This document shows positions 1-9,396 of a stretch of DNA of 64,000 bases, one piece after another (positions within the stretch are counted from its first letter, which is position 1; each line of letters opens with the position of its first letter). A program made the translations under genes and the position numbers. The stretch comes from an uncultured bacterium (lineage in GTDB: Bacteria > Krumholzibacteriota > Krumholzibacteriia > Krumholzibacteriales > Krumholzibacteriaceae), in contig CAWBAN010000001.1 of assembly GCA_963786935.1 (NCBI GenBank), positions 64,001-128,000 on the forward strand. The letters run 5' to 3'. The notes under the pieces were generated by a model. That model saw only the letters and a list, made by a program, of their open reading frames with translations. It made no database searches and had not been told where the DNA came from.

Positions 1-2
1 CG

Positions 3-260
3 GTCAACGGCCGCGCGCCGCTCATCGGCGCGCTCGTCGCGCGCGGCACCGCGCTCGTTCTCCACGAATCGCGCTCGGGCGCGGAGTATCTGCTCTCGGG
101 CCTGCTCGTGGAGGCCCTGCGCGCGTACACCGGATGCAAGGTGTGGATCGACGGGCCGCTGACTCCCGGCGGAGGGAAGGAAGCGGCGGGGGGGACGATC
201 GCGGTGGAAGGCTACGGGATCATCGCGCGGCCCACGGAAGCTACGTCCGGGCGGCCTTGA
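3..260 (+). CDS. 3' end of a hypothetical protein (runs off window start)
   Basis: Open frame from position 3 to TGA at 258-260 with host-like codon usage (VNGRAPLIGALVARG...VEGYGIIARP). Confidence 0.55.
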   Translation, partial: VNGRAPLIGALVARGTALVLHESRSGAEYLLSGLLVEALRAYTGCKVWIDGPLTPGGGKEAAGGTIAVEGYGIIARPTEATSGRP

Positions 261-618
261 GGCATTCCTCGAAATTCGTGTAGTCGACGAAGCGGGCCCG
301 CTCGAGCTGCTTGAAGAAGGTCGCGAGCCGGTCGTTGCACGGCTCGATCCGCTCGCCGAATTTCTCCCGCATGAGCGCCGCGATCTCTCCGACGTTCCGC
401 GCGCCGTCGCAGAGGAGCCAAACCTCGCTTCCGATATCGTCGAGCTTGATCTTGATGTAGGTGCTGCGGAACCTCGGCGTGAGCCAGCGCTGGAGGAAGC
501 GGTTCCCGAATCGCGGCATGAGGACCGTGACAATCCCCGCCTCGTCGACCTCGTGCCCGGCGATTCGCCGGGGCACGAGGTCGAGAAGATTCACGTCTTT
601 TTTCGCTCGCTTCGCCAT
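241..618 (-). CDS. PqqD-family (RRE-like) protein
   Basis: C-terminal 125 aa of ORF 241..1911, ATG at 618; motif IKLDDIGSEVWLLCDGARNVGEIAALMREKFGE typical of PqqD winged-helix proteins. Confidence 0.8.
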   Translation of the reverse strand: MAKRAKKDVNLLDLVPRRIAGHEVDEAGIVTVLMPRFGNRFLQRWLTPRFRSTYIKIKLDDIGSEVWLLCDGARNVGEIAALMREKFGERIEPCNDRLATFFKQLERARFVDYTNFEECLKAART

Positions 619-629
619 TCTCCCAATCG

Positions 630-2675
630 CTACATCACCGCGGACGGCGGCGGCGGCTCGTCCGGCTTCCCGGCGTTCGCGAGCGGCCGCATGATCAGGT
701 ACAGCGCGAGGAATATCGCAACTGCGACCGCGATGATCCCGTACGGCGTGTAGAAGTTTTGCTGCCAGAACGGCTTGTCCTGGAAGAACACGAAGGCCGC
801 GATCACGAGCCCCATGAGGGCCTCGCCGGCGATGAGGCCCGCCGCTCCGAGGATCCCGGCGTTCTCGACGCGGGTCTTCTGCGCGTCGTTGAGCTTGCGC
901 CTCTTGGCCATCATGTCGGTGATGCCGCGGATGACGCCGCCGACGAATATGGCGAACGTCGTCTCGAGCGGCAGGTACATGCCGACCGAGAAGAGCATCG
1001 GGCTGCGGACCTTGATGAGGATCATCGAGATCCCCATGACGCCGCCGACGATGACGAGCGGCCACGCCATTTCGCCGCCGACGATGCCCTTGGAGAGCAT
1101 CGCCATGAGGCCGGCCTGCGGCGCCGAGAGCGCCTTGTCGCCGAAGCCGATGCCTCCCATCTTGATGTTCGAGACGTGGAGAATGTAGAGCGGGAAGAAC
1201 ATGAGCGCGCCGCTCACGAACACGCCGATGAAGTCGCCGACCTGCATCTTCCACGGCGTACCGCCGAGGATGTGTCCCACCTTGAGGTCCTGCAGCATCT
1301 CGCCGGCCACCGCCGAGGAGACGCAGACGACGCTCGCCACGCCGAGCACGGCGGCGACGCCGGGATCTCCCTTCACCCCGATCACGACGATCAGGAGCGC
1401 CGCGATGATCAGCGTCGAGAGCGTGAGCCCCGAGATCGGGTTGTTCGACGAGCCGATCATGCCGACGAGGTTGCCGGAGACGGCCGCGAAGAGGAAGCCG
1501 ACGACGAGCATGACGAGCGCCGCGACGAGCGCGCCGCCCAGCACGCCCGAGAATTTGTAGTAGATGGCGAGCATGAGGACGAACACGATCGCGATGCCGA
1601 GGAGCACGAGCTTGAAGTTGATGTCCCGGTCGCGGCGGTCGGTCGCGGCCTGCGCGCCGGCGGATTTCTTCACGTCGGCGAAGGAGCGCTTGATGCCCGC
1701 CGCGAGGTTCTTCCTCATCTTGTAGAGCGTGAAGCACGCGCCGACGATCATGCCGCCGACCGCGATCGGCCGGATGATGAACCGCCAGATCGTCGCCGCG
1801 AGCGCGACCCACGTTTCCGTGGCGCCCGGATCGAGCGCGTTCGCCGCCGCGAAATCGGCGATGATCTTGGGGCCGAGGAGGAAGACGAGGAGCGGCACCA
1901 TGAGCCCCCACGCCAGCAGGCCGCCCGCGAAGTTGAGCGCGCCGAGCTCGGGGCCGATGATGTAGCCCACACCCATGTAGGCGGGGGACACGGCCGGCGC
2001 CGAGATCGACGAGATGCCGCCCGCGCCCACGATCGCCGAGTCTTCCTTCGCGCCGAGGCGGACGAAGCTCTTGCCGATCTCGCCGATTCTGAGAATGAAG
2101 TCGTTCGAGGCGCGGAAGAATCCCGAGCCCGCGAAGAACTGGATGACGGCGCCGATGCCCATCGCCTGGAAGAGCTGGGCCGCCGCCTGCCCGCCGCGCT
2201 GTCCCGCCTTGTGGATCTCGGCGGCCGCGACCGATTCGGGGAACTTGAGGTCGCGGTCCTCGACCATGACCCGGCGGAGCACCGTGACGAAGAGAATGCC
2301 GAGCGCGCCGCCCACGACCATGAGCGCGGAGGCCTTGATGTACGTGTTTATATTGAAGGTGCTGAAATCCCAGAGCCCGAGGATGACGAACGCCGGGATC
2401 GTGAAGATCGCGCCCGCGGCGACCGATTCGCCGATCGAGCCCACCGTTCGGGAGAAGTTCTCCTCGAGGATGGAGCCGCGGAACAGGCGCAGGACCGCCA
2501 TACTGATGACGGCCGCCGGATAGGTCGCGGCGATCGTCATTCCCGCGCGCAGTCCGAGGTAGGCGTTCGCCGCGCCGAGCACGACGGTCATGACGAGCCC
2601 GAGGATCAGAGGAATCAGCGTGAACTCCTTCAGATCCGTTTTGTCGGGCACGTAGGGCTTAAACTCACCGCTCAT
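630..2675 (-). CDS. OPT family oligopeptide transporter
   Basis: 681 aa, many TM segments; ANAYLGLRAGMT, SNNPISG, MLQDLKVGHILGGTPWKMQ, APQAGLMA motifs. Confidence 0.93.
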   Translation of the reverse strand: MSGEFKPYVPDKTDLKEFTLIPLILGLVMTVVLGAANAYLGLRAGMTIAATYPAAVISMAVLRLFRGSILEENFSRTVGSIGESVAAGAIFTIPAFVILGLWDFSTFNINTYIKASALMVVGGALGILFVTVLRRVMVEDRDLKFPESVAAAEIHKAGQRGGQAAAQLFQAMGIGAVIQFFAGSGFFRASNDFILRIGEIGKSFVRLGAKEDSAIVGAGGISSISAPAVSPAYMGVGYIIGPELGALNFAGGLLAWGLMVPLLVFLLGPKIIADFAAANALDPGATETWVALAATIWRFIIRPIAVGGMIVGACFTLYKMRKNLAAGIKRSFADVKKSAGAQAATDRRDRDINFKLVLLGIAIVFVLMLAIYYKFSGVLGGALVAALVMLVVGFLFAAVSGNLVGMIGSSNNPISGLTLSTLIIAALLIVVIGVKGDPGVAAVLGVASVVCVSSAVAGEMLQDLKVGHILGGTPWKMQVGDFIGVFVSGALMFFPLYILHVSNIKMGGIGFGDKALSAPQAGLMAMLSKGIVGGEMAWPLVIVGGVMGISMILIKVRSPMLFSVGMYLPLETTFAIFVGGVIRGITDMMAKRRKLNDAQKTRVENAGILGAAGLIAGEALMGLVIAAFVFFQDKPFWQQNFYTPYGIIAVAVAIFLALYLIMRPLANAGKPDEPPPPSAVM

Positions 2676-2728
2676 CGAGCACCTCCCGTATCGCTGTCGA
2701 AGTATCGACGCCTCTTGAGATTAGGGGC

Positions 2729-2758
2729 ATGGTATTCCGTTCGCGGAGGCCAAGTCAA
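2729..2758 (-). promoter_or_regulatory. Putative sigma70 promoter for OPT-pqqD
   Basis: Minus strand TTGACT-18 bp-TACCAT upstream of the OPT start. Confidence 0.5.
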
Positions 2759-2893
2759 GAAAATGATACTGTCGAACGTTCGACGGTGCGATGGGGCGGG
2801 GACGTCCGGCGCCGCGCGTTCAAGCGAATGCGGGACCGCGACTTCGCGCCGCGCGGGTGCGCGCGGCACGGAACGTGCCTTCCCGTCTCCGGC

Positions 2894-4273
2894 ATGAAGC
2901 GAATCATGAGATCGTTTCTTGGGGCGCTCTGCGAGACGTGCGGGGCCGAGCGGGCGCGCCTGCGCATCGCCGTGGCCGACGGGGATCGAGCGGTGCTCGT
3001 CGTCGATCAGAGCTTGCCGTCATCGTCGGCGAAGCCGCACGATTCGTTCTCGCTCTGCGGCGAGGCCGCGGCGCCATGTGGCGGTCTCGTCGAATCGGAC
3101 GGCCATCGCCAGTGGAGCATGCGGCGCTCGGTGAACGGCTTCCACATCGAGGTCGATCTCAGGCTCGGCGGGAGCGAGGCCGTGTTCGTGAACGACCGCG
3201 TCACGCGGGCCTCGGCGTTTCTCGATCTTTTCGAGTCGCTTCTCGACGGTGCGGAGCCGCCCGGCGCCGGCGCGGATTCGCCGTGGGGCCGGTTGGACGG
3301 CGCCGCCGCCGCGCCCCAGTTCGATCCGCCCTTCGTCGGCGACTCGCCGCCGATGATCGAGCTCAAGCGCACGATCGGGTCGGTGGCCGCGAGCGACGTC
3401 TCGCTCCTCATCGAAGGGGAGAGCGGCACGGGGAAGGAGGTCGTCGCGCGCAACGTCCATCGCCTGAGCCGCCGCCGCGCGAAGCCGCTCGTCATCGCGA
3501 GTTCTCTCGAGATGCCGCACACGCTTCTCCAGAGCGAACTCTTCGGGCACGCCGAAGGGGCGTTCACGGGCGCGAGCAGGGAACGGGCGGGCCTCATCGA
3601 GAGCGCCAACGGCGGCACCTTCTTTCTCGACGAGATCGGCGAGATGCCGCTCGCGCTGCAGGCGGCGCTCCTGCGCGTCCTGCAGGAGAAGGAGGTGCGG
3701 CGCCTCGGCGAGAGCAGGCGCCGTCCGGTGGACGCGCGTTTCGTCTTCGCGACGAACCGCGACCTCCTCGATCTCTCGCGGCGGGGGAGATTCCGGAGGG
3801 ATCTCTACTACCGCATCGCCGGCGTGCGTCTGCGGGTTCCGGCGCTCCGCGACCGCAAGGAAGACGTGCTGCCGCTCGCGGGCTTCTTCCTCTCGCGGTG
3901 CGCGAAGCGCGCCGGCATGCCCGTCCCCGCGATCGCTCCGGCGGCGGTCCGCGCGCTCGTACGGTACGGTTGGCCCGGGAACGTGCGGGAGCTCGCGAAC
4001 GAGATGGAGCGGGTCGTGGCGCTCCACGGGGACGCGCACGCAATCCTGCCCCGCATGCTCTCGCCGCATCTCGAGGAATCGGGCGGCGGCGAGCCGGGCA
4101 TAGACGAGGTCCGGGGCGCCGGCCTTCCCGGCGCGGTCCACCGGCTCGAGCGGGCGATGATCGCCGACGCGCTGCGTCGCCATTCGGGAAACCGCACGCG
4201 CACCGCCGAGGAGCTCCACATCACGAGGCAGGGGCTCCTCAAGAAGCTCAAGCGCTACGGAAGATTGGGATAA
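2894..4273 (+). CDS. Sigma54-dependent transcriptional activator (AAA+ bEBP, Fis-type HTH); start uncertain
   Basis: GESGTGKE Walker A, GAFTGA loop, FLDEIGEM, WPGNVREL, C-terminal GNRTRTAEELHITRQGL HTH. Confidence 0.92.
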   Translation: MKRIMRSFLGALCETCGAERARLRIAVADGDRAVLVVDQSLPSSSAKPHDSFSLCGEAAAPCGGLVESDGHRQWSMRRSVNGFHIEVDLRLGGSEAVFVNDRVTRASAFLDLFESLLDGAEPPGAGADSPWGRLDGAAAAPQFDPPFVGDSPPMIELKRTIGSVAASDVSLLIEGESGTGKEVVARNVHRLSRRRAKPLVIASSLEMPHTLLQSELFGHAEGAFTGASRERAGLIESANGGTFFLDEIGEMPLALQAALLRVLQEKEVRRLGESRRRPVDARFVFATNRDLLDLSRRGRFRRDLYYRIAGVRLRVPALRDRKEDVLPLAGFFLSRCAKRAGMPVPAIAPAAVRALVRYGWPGNVRELANEMERVVALHGDAHAILPRMLSPHLEESGGGEPGIDEVRGAGLPGAVHRLERAMIADALRRHSGNRTRTAEELHITRQGLLKKLKRYGRLG

Positions 4274-4281
4274 TTCCCTGC

Positions 4282-4310
4282 TTGTCCGCGCCGCGATACT
4301 TGACTATACT
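4282..4310 (+). promoter_or_regulatory. Putative sigma70 promoter for lnt
   Basis: TTGTCC-17 bp-TATACT. Confidence 0.55.
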
Positions 4311-4380
4311 CCGGCGGAAATTTGAGGCGCGAAACGGCGTCGTAAAGACGCGGCGGCGCCGCACATTCGCGGGAGGGTGC

Positions 4381-5937
4381 ATGGCGATCAGGGAGAATTG
4401 GTTCATGCGGTGGCGCGACGAGCTCGTGGCGGGCGTCTCGAGCGGGTTCCTGCTCGCCCTTTCGTTCCCGCCCTTTCCGACGCGGTTCCTCGCGGCGCTC
4501 GCCCTCGTGCCGATCCTGCGGTATTACATCGTGAAGCCGCGGCCGGGGCGCAAACGCGCGGTCGCGCTCGGATTCATCCTCGGCGTTTCGTTCTTCGCGC
4601 CGCTCCTCTTCTGGATTCTCGATCTCATTCCCGCCGCGGGCGCGACGATGCCGTGGCTCATGGGGCCGGCGCTCGCGCTCCTCGTCGCGTATCTCTCGTG
4701 CTACACGGCGATCTTCACCGTGCTCCTCTCGTTCTTCGCGTCCCGCTTCGGCGCGCGCGGGATCATCGCCGCGCCGGCGCTCTGGTCGCTCGTCGAGTAC
4801 GCCCGCTCGCACGGGGAGCTCGCCTTTTCGTGGGGAAATATCGCGAACGCGCTCGCGATCCATCCCGTCGCCATTCAGGGAGTGTCCGTCTACGGCCCGT
4901 TCGGGCTCACGCTCGTTCTCGTGCTTGCGAACGTCTGCGTCGCGTGGGCGCTATTCCGCCCGGGGCAGCGCTCGCGCGTTCTCGCGGCGGCGGCGCTCGT
5001 CGTTCTCGCGGCGGGACATCTCCTCTGGGGCGCGCGCGAGATCGATCGCTACGATCAAACGAAGAAAGCCCTCAACGGCACGGATGCGGTGGCGGTCATG
5101 CAGCCGAACGTCGATCTCGGCAAGAAATTCGAGCCGGCCTACCGCGACACGATATTCATGCAGTTCGAGAAATACGCGGCGATCGCCGCGGCGCACGGCG
5201 CCGGTCTCATCATGTTCCCCGAAACGGCCGCCCCGGTGTCGTTCAAGGCGACGCCCGAGTATCTCGGGCTCCTCGAGATGATGGCGCGCGGCGACGGGAT
5301 CGATATTCTCACCGGCTACGTCGATCACACGGTTGCGGACAAGAAGTGGATCGCGCACAACGCGGCCGCCCTCGTCTCGAAGGACGGGATGCTCACGGGA
5401 AACTATCACAAGATGAATCTCCTTCCCTTCGGCGAGAAGCTCCCGTGGAGCCAGTATTTCCCGGCGATGACCAGGATCGATTTCGGGCAGGCGAATTTCA
5501 TCCCGGGCACGAAGCAGACGATCTTCGATTCGAGCGTCGGCAAATTCGGCGTTCTCATCTGCTTCGAGTCGACGTTCTCGGGATTCACGCGGCGCTACGT
5601 TCAAAACGGCGCCGATTTTCTCGTGAACATCACGAACGACGGCTGGTTCGGGAACAATCAGGGCCCCGTCCAGCACGCCGAGATGGCGATTCTCCGCTCC
5701 GTCGAGAACCGCGTCACGCTCTTCAGGGCCGCGTACACGGGCGTCTCGATGGTCGTCGATCCGGTCGGGCGCGTGCAGCAGCAGATCGGGCTCTTCACCG
5801 AGGGAATGATCTTCGGATCGGCGGAGCGCGCGGAGGGCCTCACGTTCTACACGAAGCACGGGGACGCCGTCTATTTCGCGCTTGTGTTCGTTTCCCTGCT
5901 CCTTGCGGTCGTCCCATTCGGGCGCCCGCGCCGCTAG
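4381..5937 (+). CDS. lnt: Apolipoprotein N-acyltransferase
   Basis: N-terminal TM helices; QPNV, FPETA, KMNLLPFGE, ICFES, NITNDGWFG nitrilase-fold motifs; GGAGG RBS before ATG 4381. Confidence 0.93.
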   Translation: MAIRENWFMRWRDELVAGVSSGFLLALSFPPFPTRFLAALALVPILRYYIVKPRPGRKRAVALGFILGVSFFAPLLFWILDLIPAAGATMPWLMGPALALLVAYLSCYTAIFTVLLSFFASRFGARGIIAAPALWSLVEYARSHGELAFSWGNIANALAIHPVAIQGVSVYGPFGLTLVLVLANVCVAWALFRPGQRSRVLAAAALVVLAAGHLLWGAREIDRYDQTKKALNGTDAVAVMQPNVDLGKKFEPAYRDTIFMQFEKYAAIAAAHGAGLIMFPETAAPVSFKATPEYLGLLEMMARGDGIDILTGYVDHTVADKKWIAHNAAALVSKDGMLTGNYHKMNLLPFGEKLPWSQYFPAMTRIDFGQANFIPGTKQTIFDSSVGKFGVLICFESTFSGFTRRYVQNGADFLVNITNDGWFGNNQGPVQHAEMAILRSVENRVTLFRAAYTGVSMVVDPVGRVQQQIGLFTEGMIFGSAERAEGLTFYTKHGDAVYFALVFVSLLLAVVPFGRPRR

Positions 5938-6006
5938 AGGGCGCACGCAAGCCCCTCCATAATACTATTTACACCCCCCTTGAGATTCCTCTATGCTTGC
6001 AGCCGC

Positions 6007-6534
6007 ATGTTAGGCATTTACGGGCAACTCATGCTCTCCTTCTTCAAGACCGGGCTTTTCGGTTACGGTGGAGGTCCGTCCATCATTCCGCTCGTCGAGA
6101 AGGAAGTCGTCACCAACTATCACTGGCTCACGCAGGAGGAGTTCATCGACGTCCTTGCGATGGCGAATGCGCTCCCGGGCCCCATCGCGACGAAGATGGC
6201 GCTCTGCGTCGGGCTCAAGGTGGGCGGTCCGTGGGGAGCGGCGGCGGCGCTTGGGGCGCACATCTTTCCCTCGACGGTGCTCATCGTCATTCTCGCGACG
6301 CTCTACTTCAAATACCGCAGCGTGCCGGCGATTCAGGGAATCACGAAGGGCGTGCGCCCCATCGTCGTGGCGCTCCTCCTCGTCACGGTGGCGCACATGG
6401 CGCCGAAATCGGTCTTCGCGTGGGAATCGGCGCTCCTCGCGGTGGCGTGCTTCGCGGTCGTCTATTTCCTCGACGTGCATCCGATCTACGCGATCATCGT
6501 CGCGGGGATCTTCGGATTTTTCTACTATCGCTGA
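6007..6534 (+). CDS. Short-chain chromate transporter (CHR family)
   Basis: FFKTGLFGYGGG and WLTQEEFID...ALPGPIA motifs. Confidence 0.88.
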   Translation: MLGIYGQLMLSFFKTGLFGYGGGPSIIPLVEKEVVTNYHWLTQEEFIDVLAMANALPGPIATKMALCVGLKVGGPWGAAAALGAHIFPSTVLIVILATLYFKYRSVPAIQGITKGVRPIVVALLLVTVAHMAPKSVFAWESALLAVACFAVVYFLDVHPIYAIIVAGIFGFFYYR

Positions 6535-6588
6535 GCGGCCGGCCGCGTTCGCCGCGCCCGCCATATCCGCCGGGGGGAGGAATCGTTC

Positions 6589-7803
6589 ATGAACTTCGAT
6601 GAGCAGTGCTATCTCGCCGATCCGTACGCGATCGATTTTTCCGCGCGGGTGCGCGAGGCGGAGCCGGCAGGCGAAGGGCTCTGGGCCGTCTATCTCGACC
6701 GGACCTTCTTCTATCCCGACTCGGGCGGGCAGCCGGACGATCGCGGTACGCTCGGCGGTCGCGCGGTCATCGCCGTCGCCGAAAGCGAGAAGGGCGTGCG
6801 GCATCTCGTGAAGGGGGAGCTCCGCGCGGGGGAGACGGTCGATGGTGTCGTCGATTGGCCGCGGCGCTTCGATCACATGCAGCAGCACTCGGGGCAGCAT
6901 CTCCTCTCGCGCATCTTTCTCGAGAGCTACAAGCTCAAGACGGTCTCGTTCCATCTCGGCGAGGAGGCGTGCACGATCGATCTCGAGGGAATGGCGCCGA
7001 GCGAGGAGCGGCTCGATGAAGCCGAGTGGCGCGCGAACGAGATCGTCTTCAGGAACATTCCGATACTGTGCCGCGTCGCGGACGCGGGAGAGATCCAGAC
7101 CTCGACCGTGCTCCGTTCGAGGCTCCCCGAGGGCGTCGAGCGCGTGCGGATCGTCGAGATCGAGAAGTTCGACAGCTCCACGTGCTGCGGCACGCACGTG
7201 CGCTCGACCGGCGAGATCGGAATCGTCAAGATCCTCGGCATGGAGAAGGTCAAGGGGAACGCCCGCGTCGAGTTCGTTTGCGGCGGCCGCGCGCTGAAGG
7301 ATTACGCGGCGAAGCACAAGATCCTCTCCTCGATCGCAAAGCAGTTCACGACCGATTGGCGTGAGATTCCGCGGATCGTCGGGAAGCTCGGCGACGAGGG
7401 GAAGGAGCTGCGGAGGAAGAACGACGAGCTCTCGCGGGAGCTCGCGGGATTCAAGGCGGTGGGGCTCTCCGAGGCGACCGGCACGGCCGGCGGCTTCGAC
7501 ATCGTGAAGCGGGCCTTCACCGAAGGGGATGCGGGATCGCTCAGAGAAATGGCCACGAAGATCAGGGATATGGGGGGGAAGATCGTGCTCTTTGGCCTCT
7601 CGGGCCCGAGCCCGGCGCTCATCTTCGGATGCTCGGCGGGCATTCCGCTCAACATGGGGGAGCTCATGAAGGTGTGCGCGCCGATAGTCGGGGCGCGCGG
7701 CGGCGGGGGGAAGGACTTCGCGCAGGGTGGAGGCGGCGACGGCGCGCGCGTGCCTGAGGCGCTCGACGAGGCGGAGCGCAGGATTAAGGAAGCGCTCGGA
7801 TGA
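6589..7803 (+). CDS. AlaX-type alanyl-tRNA editing protein with DHHA1 domain
   Basis: FYPDSGGQPDDRG, HMQQHSGQHLLS, CCGTHV zinc motifs; C-terminal GGGGKDFAQGGG. Confidence 0.9.
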   Translation: MNFDEQCYLADPYAIDFSARVREAEPAGEGLWAVYLDRTFFYPDSGGQPDDRGTLGGRAVIAVAESEKGVRHLVKGELRAGETVDGVVDWPRRFDHMQQHSGQHLLSRIFLESYKLKTVSFHLGEEACTIDLEGMAPSEERLDEAEWRANEIVFRNIPILCRVADAGEIQTSTVLRSRLPEGVERVRIVEIEKFDSSTCCGTHVRSTGEIGIVKILGMEKVKGNARVEFVCGGRALKDYAAKHKILSSIAKQFTTDWREIPRIVGKLGDEGKELRRKNDELSRELAGFKAVGLSEATGTAGGFDIVKRAFTEGDAGSLREMATKIRDMGGKIVLFGLSGPSPALIFGCSAGIPLNMGELMKVCAPIVGARGGGGKDFAQGGGGDGARVPEALDEAERRIKEALG

Positions 7804-8459
7804 CGCAGGGACAGTTTCGAGAGAGCAAACGTGAACGCGAGCTCATGGTGCGGGACCAGATCGAGCGCCGGGGCATCCGCGACAAGCGCGTGCTCGATGC
7901 GATGCGCACGGTCCCCCGCGAGCGCTTCGTCGACAAGAACGACCTCGAGTACGCATTCTACGACGGGCCGCTCTCCATCGGGCACGGACAGACGATATCG
8001 CAGCCGTACATCGTCGCCTACATGACGGAGGCGCTCGCGATCAGGAGCGCGGACCGCGTGCTCGAGATCGGAACGGGCTCGGGCTATCAGACGGCCGTTC
8101 TCGCCGAGCTCGCCGCCGAGGTCTACACGATCGAGATCGTCGAGGATCTCGCCGCGGTGGCGCAGGCGCTCTTGAGCGAAATGGGCTACACGAACATTCA
8201 TTTCCGCGCGGGGGACGGCTCTCTCGGCTGGCCCGAGGCCGCGCCTTTCGACGCGATCATAGTGACGGCCGCCCCCGATGACGTCCCGAAGCGCCTCGTC
8301 TCGCAGCTCGCCGACGGCGGGCGCATGATCATCCCCGTGGGAAGCGGCGAGCAGTACCTCGAGCTCGTCACGCGCCGCGGCGACAAGGTCGATCGCCGCG
8401 AGCTCCTCTGTGTCCGGTTCGTCCCGATGACGGGACAAGTGCAGGAAGGCGAATGGTGA
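7800..8459 (+). CDS. pcm: Protein-L-isoaspartate O-methyltransferase
   Basis: GQTISQPYIVA, VLEIGTGSGYQTA, APFDAIIVTAA, VRFVPM. Confidence 0.95.
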   Translation: MTQGQFRESKRERELMVRDQIERRGIRDKRVLDAMRTVPRERFVDKNDLEYAFYDGPLSIGHGQTISQPYIVAYMTEALAIRSADRVLEIGTGSGYQTAVLAELAAEVYTIEIVEDLAAVAQALLSEMGYTNIHFRAGDGSLGWPEAAPFDAIIVTAAPDDVPKRLVSQLADGGRMIIPVGSGEQYLELVTRRGDKVDRRELLCVRFVPMTGQVQEGEW

Positions 8460-9391
8460 TCGGCATCATCAGACACGAACTCTTCACGAAGCATCTCGCG
8501 GGCTACGATCACGTCGAAAGCCCCGCCCGCGTCGAGGCGATCTTGAATAAGCTCGAGGCGAGCCCGATGCGTCCGTCACTCCAGTATATCGAGGCGGAGC
8601 CGGCGAAGATCGAATGGCTCGAGCGTGTGCACGATCCGCGATACGTGCAGGCGATCCTCTCGCTCGATATCAAAGAGGCGGTCATCCTCGACAGTGGTGA
8701 TACGGTCGCGACCGCGGCCACGCCGAAGGCGGCGCTCTACGCGGCGGGAGCGGGCGTGCAGGCCGCGCGCCTCGTTCTGGACGAGAAGATATCCTCGGCC
8801 TTCTGCTGCGTGCGGCCGCCGGGGCATCACGCCGAGCGGAGCCGCGCGATGGGCTTCTGCATCTTCAACAACATCGCCGTCGCGGCCGCGCACCTCGTCG
8901 AGGCGGAAGGGCTCGCGCGCGTCGCCATCGTCGACTGGGACGTGCACCACGGGAACGGCACCGAGAGCATGTTCATCGAGGACGATCGTGTGCTCTACAT
9001 CAGCACCCACCAGTACCCGCACTATCCCGGCACAGGGAGCGCCGATACGATCGGGACCGGCAGGGGGCAGGGCTACACGATCAATCTCCCCATGGCCTCA
9101 GGCGCCCGCGACCGTGAGTACCTCGCGGCCTTCCGCAATCGCATCGTTCCCGCGCTCGACGAGTTCAAGCCCGAGTTCATCCTCATCTCGGCCGGCTTCG
9201 ACGCGCACGCGGACGATCCGCTCTCGGGTATGCTCCTCACAACCGCGGCGTTCGGGACCATGACGACGCTCCTCAAGGAGAGCGCCGAGAAGCACTGCAA
9301 GGGGAGAATCGTCTCGCTGCTCGAGGGCGGCTACGACATCCACGCGCTCGCCGAGTCGGTCGAGGCGCACGTTGCCGCACTGGCGCAGTAG
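8453..9391 (+). CDS. Histone deacetylase family (Zn-dependent amidohydrolase) protein
   Basis: RPPGHHA, GFCIFNN, DWDVHHGNGT, SAGFDAH, LEGGY. Confidence 0.93.
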   Translation: MVIGIIRHELFTKHLAGYDHVESPARVEAILNKLEASPMRPSLQYIEAEPAKIEWLERVHDPRYVQAILSLDIKEAVILDSGDTVATAATPKAALYAAGAGVQAARLVLDEKISSAFCCVRPPGHHAERSRAMGFCIFNNIAVAAAHLVEAEGLARVAIVDWDVHHGNGTESMFIEDDRVLYISTHQYPHYPGTGSADTIGTGRGQGYTINLPMASGARDREYLAAFRNRIVPALDEFKPEFILISAGFDAHADDPLSGMLLTTAAFGTMTTLLKESAEKHCKGRIVSLLEGGYDIHALAESVEAHVAALAQ

Positions 9392-9396
9392 ATCGT

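Noticed and set aside
2864..2879. Sigma54 promoter upstream of the activator (cggcacggaacgtgcc)
   Set aside because: GG-N10-GC spacing fits, but both flanking consensus T positions deviate and the match may come from a short GC-rich palindrome; not supportable alone.
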